Shown here: positions 35,372 to 46,101 of the stretch, one piece after another
Layout of the letters: the number at the start of each line of letters is the position of its first letter
How positions within the stretch are numbered: the first letter of the stretch is position 1
DNA from: Cladosporium halotolerans
Taxonomy: Eukaryota
NCBI RefSeq assembly: GCF_011745625.1
Contig: NW_027191489.1
Span: 1-64,000, forward strand
Direction: 5' to 3'
DNA length: 64,000 nucleotides
The notes under the pieces: model-generated
Database searches by the model: none
Seen by the model: the letters and a program-made list of their open reading frames with translations, nothing else
Told to the model about the DNA's origin: nothing
Made by a program: the position numbers and the translations under genes

Positions 35372-37363
35372 CTACCCATCATTCATATTCTTCTCCAACA
35401 GCCTCGCTGTCTCCCTAACCTTCGGATCAAAATGCAACCTCAGCAGCTCGCCCTCCCAAACCGTCGCAGCCATTGGGTTTGCGCTCTCCAGCTTGGCCAG
35501 CGGATCAAACACGCCGTCGCCCTTCCTGTCCTCCGTGTGCCACAAAGCCATCATCTTCTTAGAGTGCACTTTGCTGACCTGCTGCAGCAAGCCGATAGTA
35601 GCTACGGAGCTTTTCTGGGGCAGGTGCAGCGCGGCGGTGCATAGCTGCTTAACGAAAGCGGCGATGCGAAGCGGAGGCACAGAGCGTGTGTTGGTGGGTG
35701 GGAGCAGGACAGACTGCAGGGAGCGGAGAAAGAGAACTGTTGTTGTCGCCACGTTGACCTTCGTGCCAGCGGCGGCGGGAATGGATAGGCCATTGGGATC
35801 GCGAGCATGGCCATTCTTGGCGCTAAGCTCGAGGTCTGGGTCCTGAGATAGAGGTAGGATGATGTTGTAGAGGTGCTTGATGAAGAAGTCGAGGTCGAGG
35901 TGGAGGGAGGAAGCGGACTTGATGACATCCATTTGGCCGTGCAGCAAAGCGAAGGCTGTCGTGATGCAGAGAAGAGTCTCGCGAGTGGCGTTGCGGTTCT
36001 CATCGATGTCATCGCCGGTCTCAGTGTGCAGGTCGACAGATGCCTCGTTGATCAGATCCTTCAGCACTTCGAGAATATCACCGAAGAATTCCTGGTTGAT
36101 CAAATGTGCATAGCGAGCCAGGCCTTCCAATACAGCGCCCATCAGGTGATCAACTCGAGCCTTGAGAATGCGGAAGTAGGCAACGAAGACCAATTTTAGC
36201 GTCTCTGCCTGATTCTTGTCGCGCTCCTCAAATGAAACAGCAGCATCGGCGACGGACATCTCTTTCTCCACTGCCTTGCGCTCCTTCATCACCTTGCGCT
36301 CACGCTTTGTTCGGAAGACTTTCTTCTGCGCAGGTTTCTTGGCAGGCTCTTCCTCTCTCGCAGCTTTGTCGACGCGCTCGTTAGATGCCTTACCGCTGAA
36401 CTCATTCAGAAGTCGGAGGTGAAGAAGCGAGTTGAGCACACTTTCGTGGAATTGGTAGTTGCGTGATTTCATCATTTTCGTCAGTTGTGTGACGACTTCC
36501 AAGCTGATGTAGCCATCATCATCTTCCCGAAATGTATGTTCCAGCGCGTTCAAGCAGCGAGTGTAGTCCTGGTCCTTCGCAGAAGGCATCCGCAGAGAGA
36601 GCTTTCCCACAACAATGGCGACGAGCACACTCCGCTCGTTAAAGTGCGAGACGTTCTCCAGCAGTGTGCACGCACAGGAAATAGCGACGCTAGCGAGGCC
36701 TGCCGCGTCCTTGTCGTCAGAAGAGCTGCCCTTTGCTAGTCCTTTCAAAACCTGAAGATAACTCTTGTATCCATTCAAAAGACCCTGCTCGAAAGAGCGG
36801 AGTTTCCTGACATCCTTGCTCACTTTGGCCGTCAAGTCGTCCCGTCCAAGAGGTCTGATGCGGTATCCGGGGATGATGTCCTTGAAAATTGCCAGCATTG
36901 TACCTAGTCCCAGCTTCTTGACTGTGACGTTCTTTGACATTGTGATCTCAGCCAGCGACGCAAGCAAAGCGATGTTGTCTTCCGGATCCTCGCTCATAAC
37001 ACTGGCTATCCGCGCCAATTCTTCCTTTGCCTGCAGGATCTCTTCCTTGGACGACAGCTTCGGTCCGGTTTCCTCAGGCTTCTCCTGTACCTCTGCCTCC
37101 TCCTCCTCTCCGTCATCGCTTGCAAGAAAGCTGTCCTCGTCATCATCTTTTTGTACAGGCGCAGGCGCCTTCTCCTCTGGCTCCACTACAGCGCCCTCAG
37201 CGGTCTTGATGGGCAGCTTCTGGTTTTTCGCCTCCTTCTTTCCTTTGCGCGCTCTCTTCTCATAATCCTGCTCCAGATTCCAGCGAGCGAATCCAGGTGC
37301 GCCATTCGCCTCATCTCCAGGAGGACTCAAGCGCCTCTTCTTAGCCGCCGGTTCTCTCGCCAT
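35372..37363 (-). CDS. NOC3: Nucleolar complex-associated protein 3
   Basis: Likely start MAREPAAKKRR. KLPIKT, KEELARIA, FKDIIPGYRIRPL, VLEGLARYAHLIN, WEGELLRLHFDPKV. Confidence 0.93.
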   Translation of the reverse strand: MAREPAAKKRRLSPPGDEANGAPGFARWNLEQDYEKRARKGKKEAKNQKLPIKTAEGAVVEPEEKAPAPVQKDDDEDSFLASDDGEEEEAEVQEKPEETGPKLSSKEEILQAKEELARIASVMSEDPEDNIALLASLAEITMSKNVTVKKLGLGTMLAIFKDIIPGYRIRPLGRDDLTAKVSKDVRKLRSFEQGLLNGYKSYLQVLKGLAKGSSSDDKDAAGLASVAISCACTLLENVSHFNERSVLVAIVVGKLSLRMPSAKDQDYTRCLNALEHTFREDDDGYISLEVVTQLTKMMKSRNYQFHESVLNSLLHLRLLNEFSGKASNERVDKAAREEEPAKKPAQKKVFRTKRERKVMKERKAVEKEMSVADAAVSFEERDKNQAETLKLVFVAYFRILKARVDHLMGAVLEGLARYAHLINQEFFGDILEVLKDLINEASVDLHTETGDDIDENRNATRETLLCITTAFALLHGQMDVIKSASSLHLDLDFFIKHLYNIILPLSQDPDLELSAKNGHARDPNGLSIPAAAGTKVNVATTTVLFLRSLQSVLLPPTNTRSVPPLRIAAFVKQLCTAALHLPQKSSVATIGLLQQVSKVHSKKMMALWHTEDRKGDGVFDPLAKLESANPMAATVWEGELLRLHFDPKVRETARLLEKNMNDG

Positions 37364-37573
37364 TTTTGGTGTTCTTGTCTGTGAAGGTGTCGATCCAAAA
37401 ATTGTTGAAGCTTTGCGCGACGCGAAATCTTGCAGCCGCGGCATTTGCGGGGGAAGAAGGGCAGGGACCTGGAATTTTTCTGGAGCAGGCGAGCCGCAGG
37501 GCGCCCAAGTTCGAAGGCCGCGCCTGTCTTTCTCGCCGGAACAATACACACACAACAGCAAAAACACCTCGCC

Positions 37574-38209
37574 ATGCGTCAATTAACAGACACCGAGACG
37601 AAGACGCTCTTCGAGAAGCTGGCCAACTACACCGGCCGCTCGCTCAACAACCTGCTCACCGACACCGCGCCGTCGCCCGGCGCCAAATCGCAACCGGAGC
37701 GCTATGTCTTCCGCGTGCAAAAAGATCGCGTGTACTACGTGCGGGAATCGCTAGCGAACCTTGCGACCTCGGTGGCTCGCGAAAGCCTTCTCTCTCTCGG
37801 AACGTGCATTGGAAAGTTCACCAAGACCGGCAAGTTCAGGATGCACATCACGGCGCTGGACATCATCGCGCCGCACGCGAGGTACAAGGTGTGGGTCAAG
37901 GCGAACGGCGAGATGCCGTTCCTGTACGGCGGCCACGTTGTCAAGGCGCATGTTGGTCGCTGGAGTGAGGACTGCCCCGAGCACCAGGGTGTGATTGTGC
38001 TTAGCATGAACGACACTCCGTTGGTATGTCAAATTTGAAACCGCCCTGCACAGAGACATCACAGGACTGACGAATCATTGCAGGGCTTCGGTGTCACTGC
38101 GCGCTCCACTGCTGAGGGTAGAAGGCTGGATCCGACCGGTATCGTTGTGTTTAGGCAAGCAGACTGCGGCGAGTACCTGCGCGAAGAAGACACGCTCTTC
38201 ACCACGTAA
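37574..38209 (+). CDS. NIP7: 60S ribosome biogenesis protein Nip7, 2 exons
   Basis: [48 protein letters not shown]. Intron 38024-38083. Ends [17 protein letters not shown]. Confidence 0.97.
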
Positions 38210-38745
38210 ATTCGTGCTAGCGAGATTTTCCGCGCTCTAGCGTTGGAAATGCAGAAAAGGGAAAAGAAGGCACGCCGCGGCAACTGGGGATACCATGATC
38301 GGCAAATAAAATGACGCAAGCTGGAGAGACTGATACGGAGAATATACTGCGCATGGTATTCCAGGAAAAACCATTGTCATAAAGTGCGACCGGAGGGATT
38401 CGCAATCAAGCTTTTGCAGGGTGAGACAAGCTTTTGCAGGTCTCCAGAGAAAGGACATGAAGAGATGGCGAAGTTGGGCCTACTTTCGTCCATCACAACA
38501 TAGTGACGGCCGGGTAATTAGAGCTGAGCGGCTTGTTTAGCCGCAAGAGCAGCTTCCAGTAACGGACACCGAGGGCTCGTCTAGCAGCAAGCCGTCTTGA
38601 AGACCCCGCATGTACTATTATGCGAGAGGAGCAAAGCAGGAGAAGATATAATGCTACCGATTTCTTGAACCCGTCACATTCTACTTCATTCTCCAGCGTC
38701 AAAGCCAGCCATCTTTCTCAAACACACCATCAGACATCCCACAAA

Positions 38746-39537
38746 ATGCCCGTCTACGTCGTAACCGGTTTGTACACCTCATTCCACAAATGAACACCCC
38801 CTAAACCCCCCTCTAACAACCCCCCCACAGGCGCCAACCGCGGCCTCGGCCTCGAATTCACGCGCCAACTCGCCTCCAACCCCTCCAACACCATCCTCGC
38901 CACCGTCCGCGCTCCAGAAACCGACCTGAGCGACCTCCACTCCATCGCCTCCGCAACAACGCACATCCTGCCCTGCGACACCAGCTCGGCGACCTCAATC
39001 AGCGCCTTCGCCACCTCCGCCGCGACCCTTTTGACTCCCAAGGACCTCAACATCGACTACCTCCTCAACAACGCCGGGACCAACACGGCGCCCTCGCAAA
39101 CGAGCCTGAGCATGACGGCCGAAGCGCTCTCCCAAAACGTGCAGATCAACGTCCTCGGCCCCGCGCAAGTGACGGCACACCTGCTGGCGCAGAACCTGCT
39201 GTCGCCCACTGTGCGGATCGTGAACATGTCGTCCGGGCTCGGCAGCATGAGCGTGTCGCTCTCGATCACGCCGCGCAAGTGCGCGCCGTACAGCATTTCG
39301 AAAGCCGGGCTGAATGCTCTGACGGTGCAGCAGAGCGGGGAGGTGCGGGAGAAGCTGGGCGGCGGGGCGGTGGTGGTGTGCATGGATCCCGGGTGGGTGA
39401 AGACGCGGATGGGAGGGGAGGGGGCGGTGCTGGAGGCGGAGGAGAGTATTGGGGGGATGCTGGCGTGCGTGCACGGGCTTGGGGAGGGGGATAATGGGCG
39501 GTTTTTCACGTATACTGGGAAGGAGGTTCCATGGTGA
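38746..39537 (+). CDS. Short-chain dehydrogenase/reductase (C-factor/CsgA-like), 2 exons
   Basis: MPVYVVTG|ANRGLGLEF (intron 38768-38830), LLNNAG, YSISKAGLN, DPGWVKTRMGG, ends EVPW. Confidence 0.9.
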
Positions 39538-39649
39538 GGGCGGGTGGTGTTGATTTGTGGTCTCTGTTGGACTGCAAAGAGGCGGGTATCGAAGTTCGTG
39601 AGGTCGTAGTTGACGGCCTTGGTGTCGAGAGCCCTGGGACATCAATATT

Positions 39650-39663
39650 AAAAAAAAAAAAAA
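39650..39663. repeat. A14 homopolymer between convergent genes
   Basis: Run of 14 A between the SDR and FAD monooxygenase 3' ends. Confidence 0.9.
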
Positions 39664-39692
39664 GAAACTTTTCCCATGCACACCAAGCCACC

Positions 39693-40838
39693 TCACAGCT
39701 TAGCCGTCTCACTCTCATCACCAGAATGCACTTCTCTCAAGTACTCCTCCGCCACCCTCCTCCCCTCAAGCCATGTCTGCTCCCTCGCCTCCAAAAACCC
39801 CTCCACATCCACCTCCCCGTCGTCCCCAATCCGCGCCGCCAACTCCAACGCATCTTCGATAGCTAAGTTCGCCCCATTGCCAGGAACGGGCTGCGCGTGA
39901 GCCGCGTCGCCAATCAACAAGACGCCCTTCTCCCTCGCAGCTCGCGCCAGGACGGCTCGATCCACGACAAGCGAGCGCATGAGCCAGTGCAGCCAGCGGT
40001 CATCGCTCGCTTTGCCGATAGAGAAGAGGGATGCGAAAGGCGGAGGCAAGGGAGCCAGGGCTTCGATGTCGTGCTTGAAACACGCTGCTTTCGCTCGAGC
40101 ATCGGAGACGTCGCGGTCGAGAAGAAATTCATCGCCGGGGCGTGCGGGCCGGGAGAGGGTATAGCTGACGCCCGTCTTGCGCGTGTAAGGGTTGTATGAG
40201 TCAGCGGTGATGGTGAGAAGGACGTCGCCCTGGGTGTGCGAGATTCCGGATGGGCGCTCGAAGGCTTGGAGAAGGCTGGGCGGGACGTCAAAGCTTTGTA
40301 AGCGGCGTCGACCGTTGAAGACAACGTACGGGAGAACTTTGAGCTTGGTGGATGGGTCGGAGAGTTGGAGGTGAGAGCGAGCGGTGGAGTGCACGCCGTC
40401 GGCGGCGACGAGGAAGCGGTACGGTTGAGAGAGGAAGGGAGCACGCAGGGAGTGATCGAATTCCATAGTACCGACGCCGTCGTCGAGGTCACGCAGATGC
40501 TTCAGCTTGCTCGCCCACCTGATGTCGAGCCCGCGGCGCAGCTCCCTCTCGAGGGCCATGCGGTTGACTCTCAACGTGTCGCGGTCGTGCACCGTGCCGC
40601 CGCGATCAGGCGCCTCCAAGGCAACACGCTGAAAGAAATCGTTTTCCGTCATTCCCAAAGCGGTCAGGAGCGGCCGGTAGACACGTTTGTGCAGAGTGAT
40701 GCCGTATGCGGGCCGGTTGGCGTCGTGCGAGAGGCGCTCAAAGACGACTGAAGGGATGTTTCTGTGGCGAAGGCATTGAGCTAGGGAGAGGCCGGCGATG
40801 CCAGCGCCAAGGATGTAGATGGGCTGCTGCGGTGGCAT
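39693..40838 (-). CDS. FAD-dependent monooxygenase/oxidoreductase (class A aromatic hydroxylase-like), ends AKL
   Basis: Start MPPQQPIYILGAGIAG, LVAADGVHS, LLIGDAAHA..GNGANLAIEDA. C-terminal AKL is a canonical PTS1. Confidence 0.88.
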   Translation of the reverse strand: MPPQQPIYILGAGIAGLSLAQCLRHRNIPSVVFERLSHDANRPAYGITLHKRVYRPLLTALGMTENDFFQRVALEAPDRGGTVHDRDTLRVNRMALERELRRGLDIRWASKLKHLRDLDDGVGTMEFDHSLRAPFLSQPYRFLVAADGVHSTARSHLQLSDPSTKLKVLPYVVFNGRRRLQSFDVPPSLLQAFERPSGISHTQGDVLLTITADSYNPYTRKTGVSYTLSRPARPGDEFLLDRDVSDARAKAACFKHDIEALAPLPPPFASLFSIGKASDDRWLHWLMRSLVVDRAVLARAAREKGVLLIGDAAHAQPVPGNGANLAIEDALELAARIGDDGEVDVEGFLEAREQTWLEGRRVAEEYLREVHSGDESETAKL

Positions 40839-41566
40839 GGCCGCAATTTTGAAGGTGAGTTGGGTGGACAAGCGTGATGTCGGCGTGAATGAGGAGGACG
40901 TGGTGGTGATGGTGAATACTTGGATGGCGTGGGGTTTGGGAGCGGAGGTTGTCGTTGCGCTGCTTCCTGCGTGCGGGGCTTGGACGTTGTCAAGCGAGGA
41001 GGTTGGCGACAAGAAGAGCGGCGACCGAGATGCTTACAGCGCTGAGACGGTGGTGAGTTGACAGTGAATGCCAACATCAAGTGATGCTAATATCAGAAGG
41101 TGTGCCTCATCTGAACGACTTTGTCGATGGCACCGAACAAGCGGACAACGCTGTGCCAGCCGTGCCTTATCTATTACCTTGTGTTCTCACGTGTTGGACG
41201 GTCCTCTCCGGAGCGCCCTCTTGATGTGACCTACCTGTAGGGCAGCGAGGCTCGAGATGCGTTGTGTGTTATCTTACGCCGGCATGAGAAAACGCAGAGA
41301 CCGTTACATGGTGTCGCATCTTACAAAGACAGTTGGCATGCTGGTGAGAAGCAGAGCGGGTGTCTCCCTGTCAGGGATCGGAGAACGGGTGGGGTTGACG
41401 CCGCGGCTCCATTCGCCTGCCGCAGGACTCGACGAGATGTACCGGGCGTGTGCCTGAATCCTCCACCACGCCGGGTGTGAGTCGCGACTAGACGCAGATC
41501 ACGATATATGCGTGCATGCGCCAAGCATAGCAGGAGGCGCGGAAGGCTTGGAGATGCACGGCGTCG

Positions 41567-41611
41567 GGAGGAGGAGGAGGAGGAGGAGGAGGAGCAGCAG
41601 CAGCAGCAGCA
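41567..41611. repeat. Compound microsatellite (GGA)9(GCA)6
   Basis: Read directly, about 300 bp upstream of the carbonic anhydrase gene. Confidence 0.95.
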
Positions 41612-41909
41612 GGCGGGGTGCCTTGTGCGTCCTGCCTGAGGCGGCTGATAAGCCATACCGATCGACGGCCAAGTCGGCGTGGGGAGAATTGGGGAGCGGC
41701 AGCTCAACCAGCGAGAGGCTCCAACTCCCCAGCCCGATCACCGCGCCGCAGTCACCCACTATAAGCCCGTCTGCCCTCTCTTCCCGACCGGCCGGCAGCC
41801 TCGCTCGACTCTCATCTACTCACATCGTATACTGTATCACAAACACCACCAAGCGAAGACTCCCCCCCTCCAGCCCTCCCACGCTACACCAGCGCAGCGA
41901 CCACCGACC

Positions 41910-42931
41910 ATGGCATCCGCAGGCGGTACGTGAACGGAAGTTTATCCCTTGCTCGCTCCCGCCCAATCCCTACCCGCCCTCCACCACCTCCCTCTGCACC
42001 CTGCAACCCCCCCAAACACCCCAATGGCCTCGCTCGCTCCGCTGGCCTGGCGCGCAGCTCGCCGACCGGCACTCCAGCAGTTCGGAGCCGCCCTCGCCCA
42101 CCCATGCAGCGCCTCCACCGCGCCAAAGCATCGCCAAACCCAACCCTGTCGCCCATTCCACGAGTCATACGCGCGCAGCCGTACGCCTCCCAATCCTTCA
42201 AACCCACCTCGCACCGCTGCACCGCTGCACCGCTGCACACTCACCATCCACGGTCGCCAGCACCGCTCCTCCCACCCACGCTAACCCGCCATGCCTCCCC
42301 AGATGACACCTTCAAGGCCTCCCTAGCCGCCAACAAAATCTGGGCCAGCGACATCGCCTCCAAGGACCCCGAGTTCTTCAAGAACAGCGCCAAGGGCCAG
42401 ACCCCCGAGATCCTGTGGATCGGATGCTGCGACTCGCGCGTGCCCGAGACCACCGTGCTGGGCAAGAAGCCCGGCGAGGTCTTCGTGCTGCGCAACATCG
42501 CCAACGTCATCAACCCGACCGACGTCGCCCTGCTGTCCGCCGTCGAGTTCAGCGTCAAGCACCTGAAGATCAAGCACATCGTCCTGTGCGGCCACACCTC
42601 CTGCGGTGGCGTGAAGGCCACCCTGGCCAACAACAAGCTGGACATCCTCGACGTCTGGCTGCAGCCCATGCGCCACCTGCGCGAGCAGCACGCCGAGACC
42701 CTGAACAAGCTGAGCGGCGAGGACAAGGAGGACGCGATGGCCAAGCTGAACGTCCAGCTCGGCGTGGACAACCTGAGGCGCATCCCGACCGTCGTCGATG
42801 CCATCAAGGAGCGTGGCCTGAAGATTCACGGTCTCCTGTACCGCCTCTCCAACGGTCATCTCGAGGAGGTCGAGACGGCCGAGGACGCCAAGACTTGCGA
42901 GGGCAGGGAATGTACTTTTGAGCTGAAGTAA
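41910..42931 (+). CDS. Beta-class carbonic anhydrase (Nce103/Can-like) with alternative first exons
   Basis: Main exon 42303-42931: GQTPEILWIGCCDSRVPE, GEVFVLRNIAN, CGHTSCGG. First exon either 41910-41925 (MASAG) or 42024-42180. Confidence 0.93.
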
Positions 42932-43560
42932 ACTTCGAAGTAGCTTGGAAGACTTAATCAGAGGAAAAGGGTCGTAGACTGCAGAAGCGTACGAGCGGCG
43001 GAGTTTGAGGGGTGACATTGACGAGACAACGATTCAGATACTGAGGGTATAGCACAAGTGGACATACAAGAGTGTGTTGAGGTAACTTGACATAATCGCG
43101 ATTCGCGAACCGCAGTCACCTGACAGAACGCAAGACCACACAATCCGATCGACAAACAATCTCCGCTCAGCGCTCACACCTGCCCTCCTGATCACCACGG
43201 CACCCTCCTCACACCCCCCTCCTCCACCTCCTAAAACCCCTCCCATCGTGATCTCCAGCCGCAGACCATGTGGGTGCGGGAAATCTGCAATTGAGCATCA
43301 AGCATACATCGGCTTGAGAGACCTGTCGTTTCGTGTAAACCCTCACAGGAAGCCACAACAGGAAAATGAGCATTTCCATGCGGTGCAATATGCCCTACAT
43401 CGAGGAACGAAACAAAACAGCCCCAAGTGTAATGAAGTCTATGCCATCATCCTCATACCCTAATTAACCTTCGTAAGTCTCAGTCTCCCAGGATTTATGA
43501 TGTAGTAGTATATTATCATATGCCAAAAGTGGAAACATCCAAACCCCAGAAACAAACAAA

Positions 43561-45390
43561 TCAACTCCCACCCCTCCTCCACCTCCAATCCAACCCCTCA
43601 ACCCCCTCTCCCTGCCCCTCACCCACCCCATCCCCCAAACCCCTCTGCACACACAACCTCACATCAGCCCTCTGCTCCACACAAGCCAGATCGATAACCT
43701 CCCTCGCCCTCCACCCATTCCAGTCCGCACAATCCCCTCCCTTGCCCTTCTTGCCAGCCCCCCTCCAAGGCCTAAAATAGCTCGGATCCGGATGCCCGTC
43801 GCGCACGTCCGCGAACGCCATCTCGACGACGTTGTTCTCGATGCCGGCGAAGACGTGCGGGGACGTCGGCGACGCGGACGCGAGGGTGTAGACGCTGCTT
43901 TCCGGGGCGCGGCGGGGGCGCTGGCCCCAGGGCTGGGAGTGGGAGTTCGAGTGCGCGGAGAAGGATGAGGAGGCGTGAGGTTTGAGGAAGAGAGACCAGT
44001 CGCTGGAAGGCGGAGGGGCGGCTGCCGAGGGCTGCGCGGCGAGGTAGGAGTAGCATTTTGCTCCCAGGCGGAGGTCGAAGACTTTGAGGAGGTTGTGTCT
44101 GTTTGAGCCGACGAGGAGGGATTCGCGGCCGTGGGGGAGGAGGGAGTAGATTGCGCTGTCGTCGGTGGGGTCGGTGTAGGTTGCTTCGACGTCGCGGGGG
44201 GAGCGGAGGTCGTGGAGGCGGACGATGCCGTCGTAGGCGCCGGAGAGGAAGGTTTGGCTGTCGTGGGTGCTGGTTGCGGAGGAGGGAGGGAGAGGAGCTA
44301 TGGGGTAGACGGAGCTGAGGGGCTTTCTTGCGACGCCGCCTGGGGCGATTTCGTCTGATCGGTCGTCGAAGTCGGTATCGGAGGCGAGAGTGAATTTGCG
44401 AACGTGTTCGTTGGAGAGGCCAGAGGGTGTGACGGTGTAGATGTGTATAGGCTCTTCGCTCGGGCCCAGCCCGACTGCCAGATGGGATTCAGAAAGAAAG
44501 TTGGTAGACCAGGGACGATATGCTTTGCTCAGCACATTGCCGTTCTCCAGAGCGGCGCTTTTGATATCTATCTGGCTGCTCGGCGCGATCTTATGCTGGC
44601 CGTCCTGCAAAGGATACAAGCAGATCTTCGAATCGCCCACCTCAGCAGCCAGCAAACCAGGCCGGCCTTCCTGCTGCAGCAGACTCGAAGACCTCACAGC
44701 CTGCCCTTGAGTGGTAAGATATGCCTTCTCCACATCCTCCCCTTCGCCCTCCAGCAATCTCAAGACCTGCAAATCCCCATTCGCAGTTCCCGTCACAACC
44801 CTCACATCCAGCTCCTCGCCCTTTGGCCTGAGCAAATGCACAGTCGTGATGTCATCCCGCCCCTCATACGCCGACAAAGGTCTATACGTCCGCCACCTGA
44901 CCTTCTCACCCTCCTTGCCCAGCCTCCCAACGCGCCACTCGCGGATGCGCACACACACTTCCGCGCCAGCACTGTACGCCAGCACCTCCCTCTTCCCGCC
45001 CCGAGTGAGGTCCTGCTCGTAAACATCCAAGTGTGGTGTGAAGCCAATCGTCTGCCCCCTTGGCCTTTTCCATCGTTCGACTTTCTTCCTCCCAGGAAAC
45101 GACGTGATGTCTCCGTGGGGCTCAATGTATCGGGCGACGAAGGCGCGGCGATCCCATGCTCGCGATAGGCTTGTAAGGGAGCGGGCGGTGAGTTTCCAGG
45201 AACGTGAGGAATGCGGACAGAGGGATGGGAAGCGCTGATCGGCGAAAGTGCGCCAGGCGTTGGTTTCGACGAATGTATGGAGGGTTTTGGAGGTGCGGCT
45301 GAGGTTTGCGAGGGAGTTTGCGGTTGGAAGGTAGGTCGTGATGTGGTCTAGTAGTTCAGGTGGGAGGTCTGTCAGGGCGGTGGTTGGCAT
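43561..45390 (-). CDS. F-box and WD40-like repeat protein
   Basis: N-terminal F-box LTDLPPELLDHITTYL. WD-like segments FLSGAYDGIVRLHDLRS and LLKVFDLR. Confidence 0.85.
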   Translation of the reverse strand: MPTTALTDLPPELLDHITTYLPTANSLANLSRTSKTLHTFVETNAWRTFADQRFPSLCPHSSRSWKLTARSLTSLSRAWDRRAFVARYIEPHGDITSFPGRKKVERWKRPRGQTIGFTPHLDVYEQDLTRGGKREVLAYSAGAEVCVRIREWRVGRLGKEGEKVRWRTYRPLSAYEGRDDITTVHLLRPKGEELDVRVVTGTANGDLQVLRLLEGEGEDVEKAYLTTQGQAVRSSSLLQQEGRPGLLAAEVGDSKICLYPLQDGQHKIAPSSQIDIKSAALENGNVLSKAYRPWSTNFLSESHLAVGLGPSEEPIHIYTVTPSGLSNEHVRKFTLASDTDFDDRSDEIAPGGVARKPLSSVYPIAPLPPSSATSTHDSQTFLSGAYDGIVRLHDLRSPRDVEATYTDPTDDSAIYSLLPHGRESLLVGSNRHNLLKVFDLRLGAKCYSYLAAQPSAAAPPPSSDWSLFLKPHASSSFSAHSNSHSQPWGQRPRRAPESSVYTLASASPTSPHVFAGIENNVVEMAFADVRDGHPDPSYFRPWRGAGKKGKGGDCADWNGWRAREVIDLACVEQRADVRLCVQRGLGDGVGEGQGEGVEGLDWRWRRGGS

Positions 45391-46101
45391 TTTCTATTAG
45401 GTGAGGACATGGGTTTGTTTAGGGATTTTGATCGAGAGAGTGTTGATCAAGAGAGGGCAGGTCGATCCTACTTACAATCATCCATGTGGAAAATCGCATT
45501 CACTACGTCACGCCCTCTGATCGGAATCCGGGGAATGTGGACCTCACGTGCTCTCCATCTCATTACCTAGGCTTTTTGGTCACCATTCAGTGCTCGAAAT
45601 CATCAGTCGATGTCGAAGGCTACGAGAGAGAATCCGACGTTGTTAGTCTAAAGCCAGGGCTAGCACTTGAACAATTCTTTTTCATACTCGAAAGATACAA
45701 TTCCTGGTCATATGGTCAAAAGGGAGAACCTCAAATGCTGGGTTAAGCGATGGCTTGTTTCACCCCGCCTTTGCGCCCCGCAACTGCTTTCCTCATCGGG
45801 AACGTGGGTATTGACAAAGATAGCGATACGATAGGGCGTCAAAACGTTCCATTAGCGAACATCAGAGGGAAGTCTGATCGTAAGACCTTCCATTAGGAAA
45901 TACCGAAGCAAAGCCTGAGCACACCTCGGATGAGTCAACTGCTCAACGCGGATGTACTTATCACTCCCGACGCCCTTTCGTGGTCACACCTTGCAGATAC
46001 ACCTGGACATCTAAGTGTCTGATCAAGACTGCGAAAACAACCATTTCAATTGTCTCGAGTTCCTCCATCGCCCTCAAAAAGCACCCACCACCGTAGCCAA
46101 G

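Noticed and set aside
34907..35644. 245-aa ORF antisense to the NOC3 3' end
   Set aside because: No protein-like motifs; partly a shadow of NOC3.
37364..37582. N-terminal extensions of NOC3 and NIP7 making them overlap
   Set aside because: Artefact of alternative start codons in the ORF track; the conserved-looking starts are 37363 and 37574.
41930..42302. 333-aa GTG-start carbonic anhydrase ORF
   Set aside because: Reads through intronic sequence; the splice signals explain the region better.
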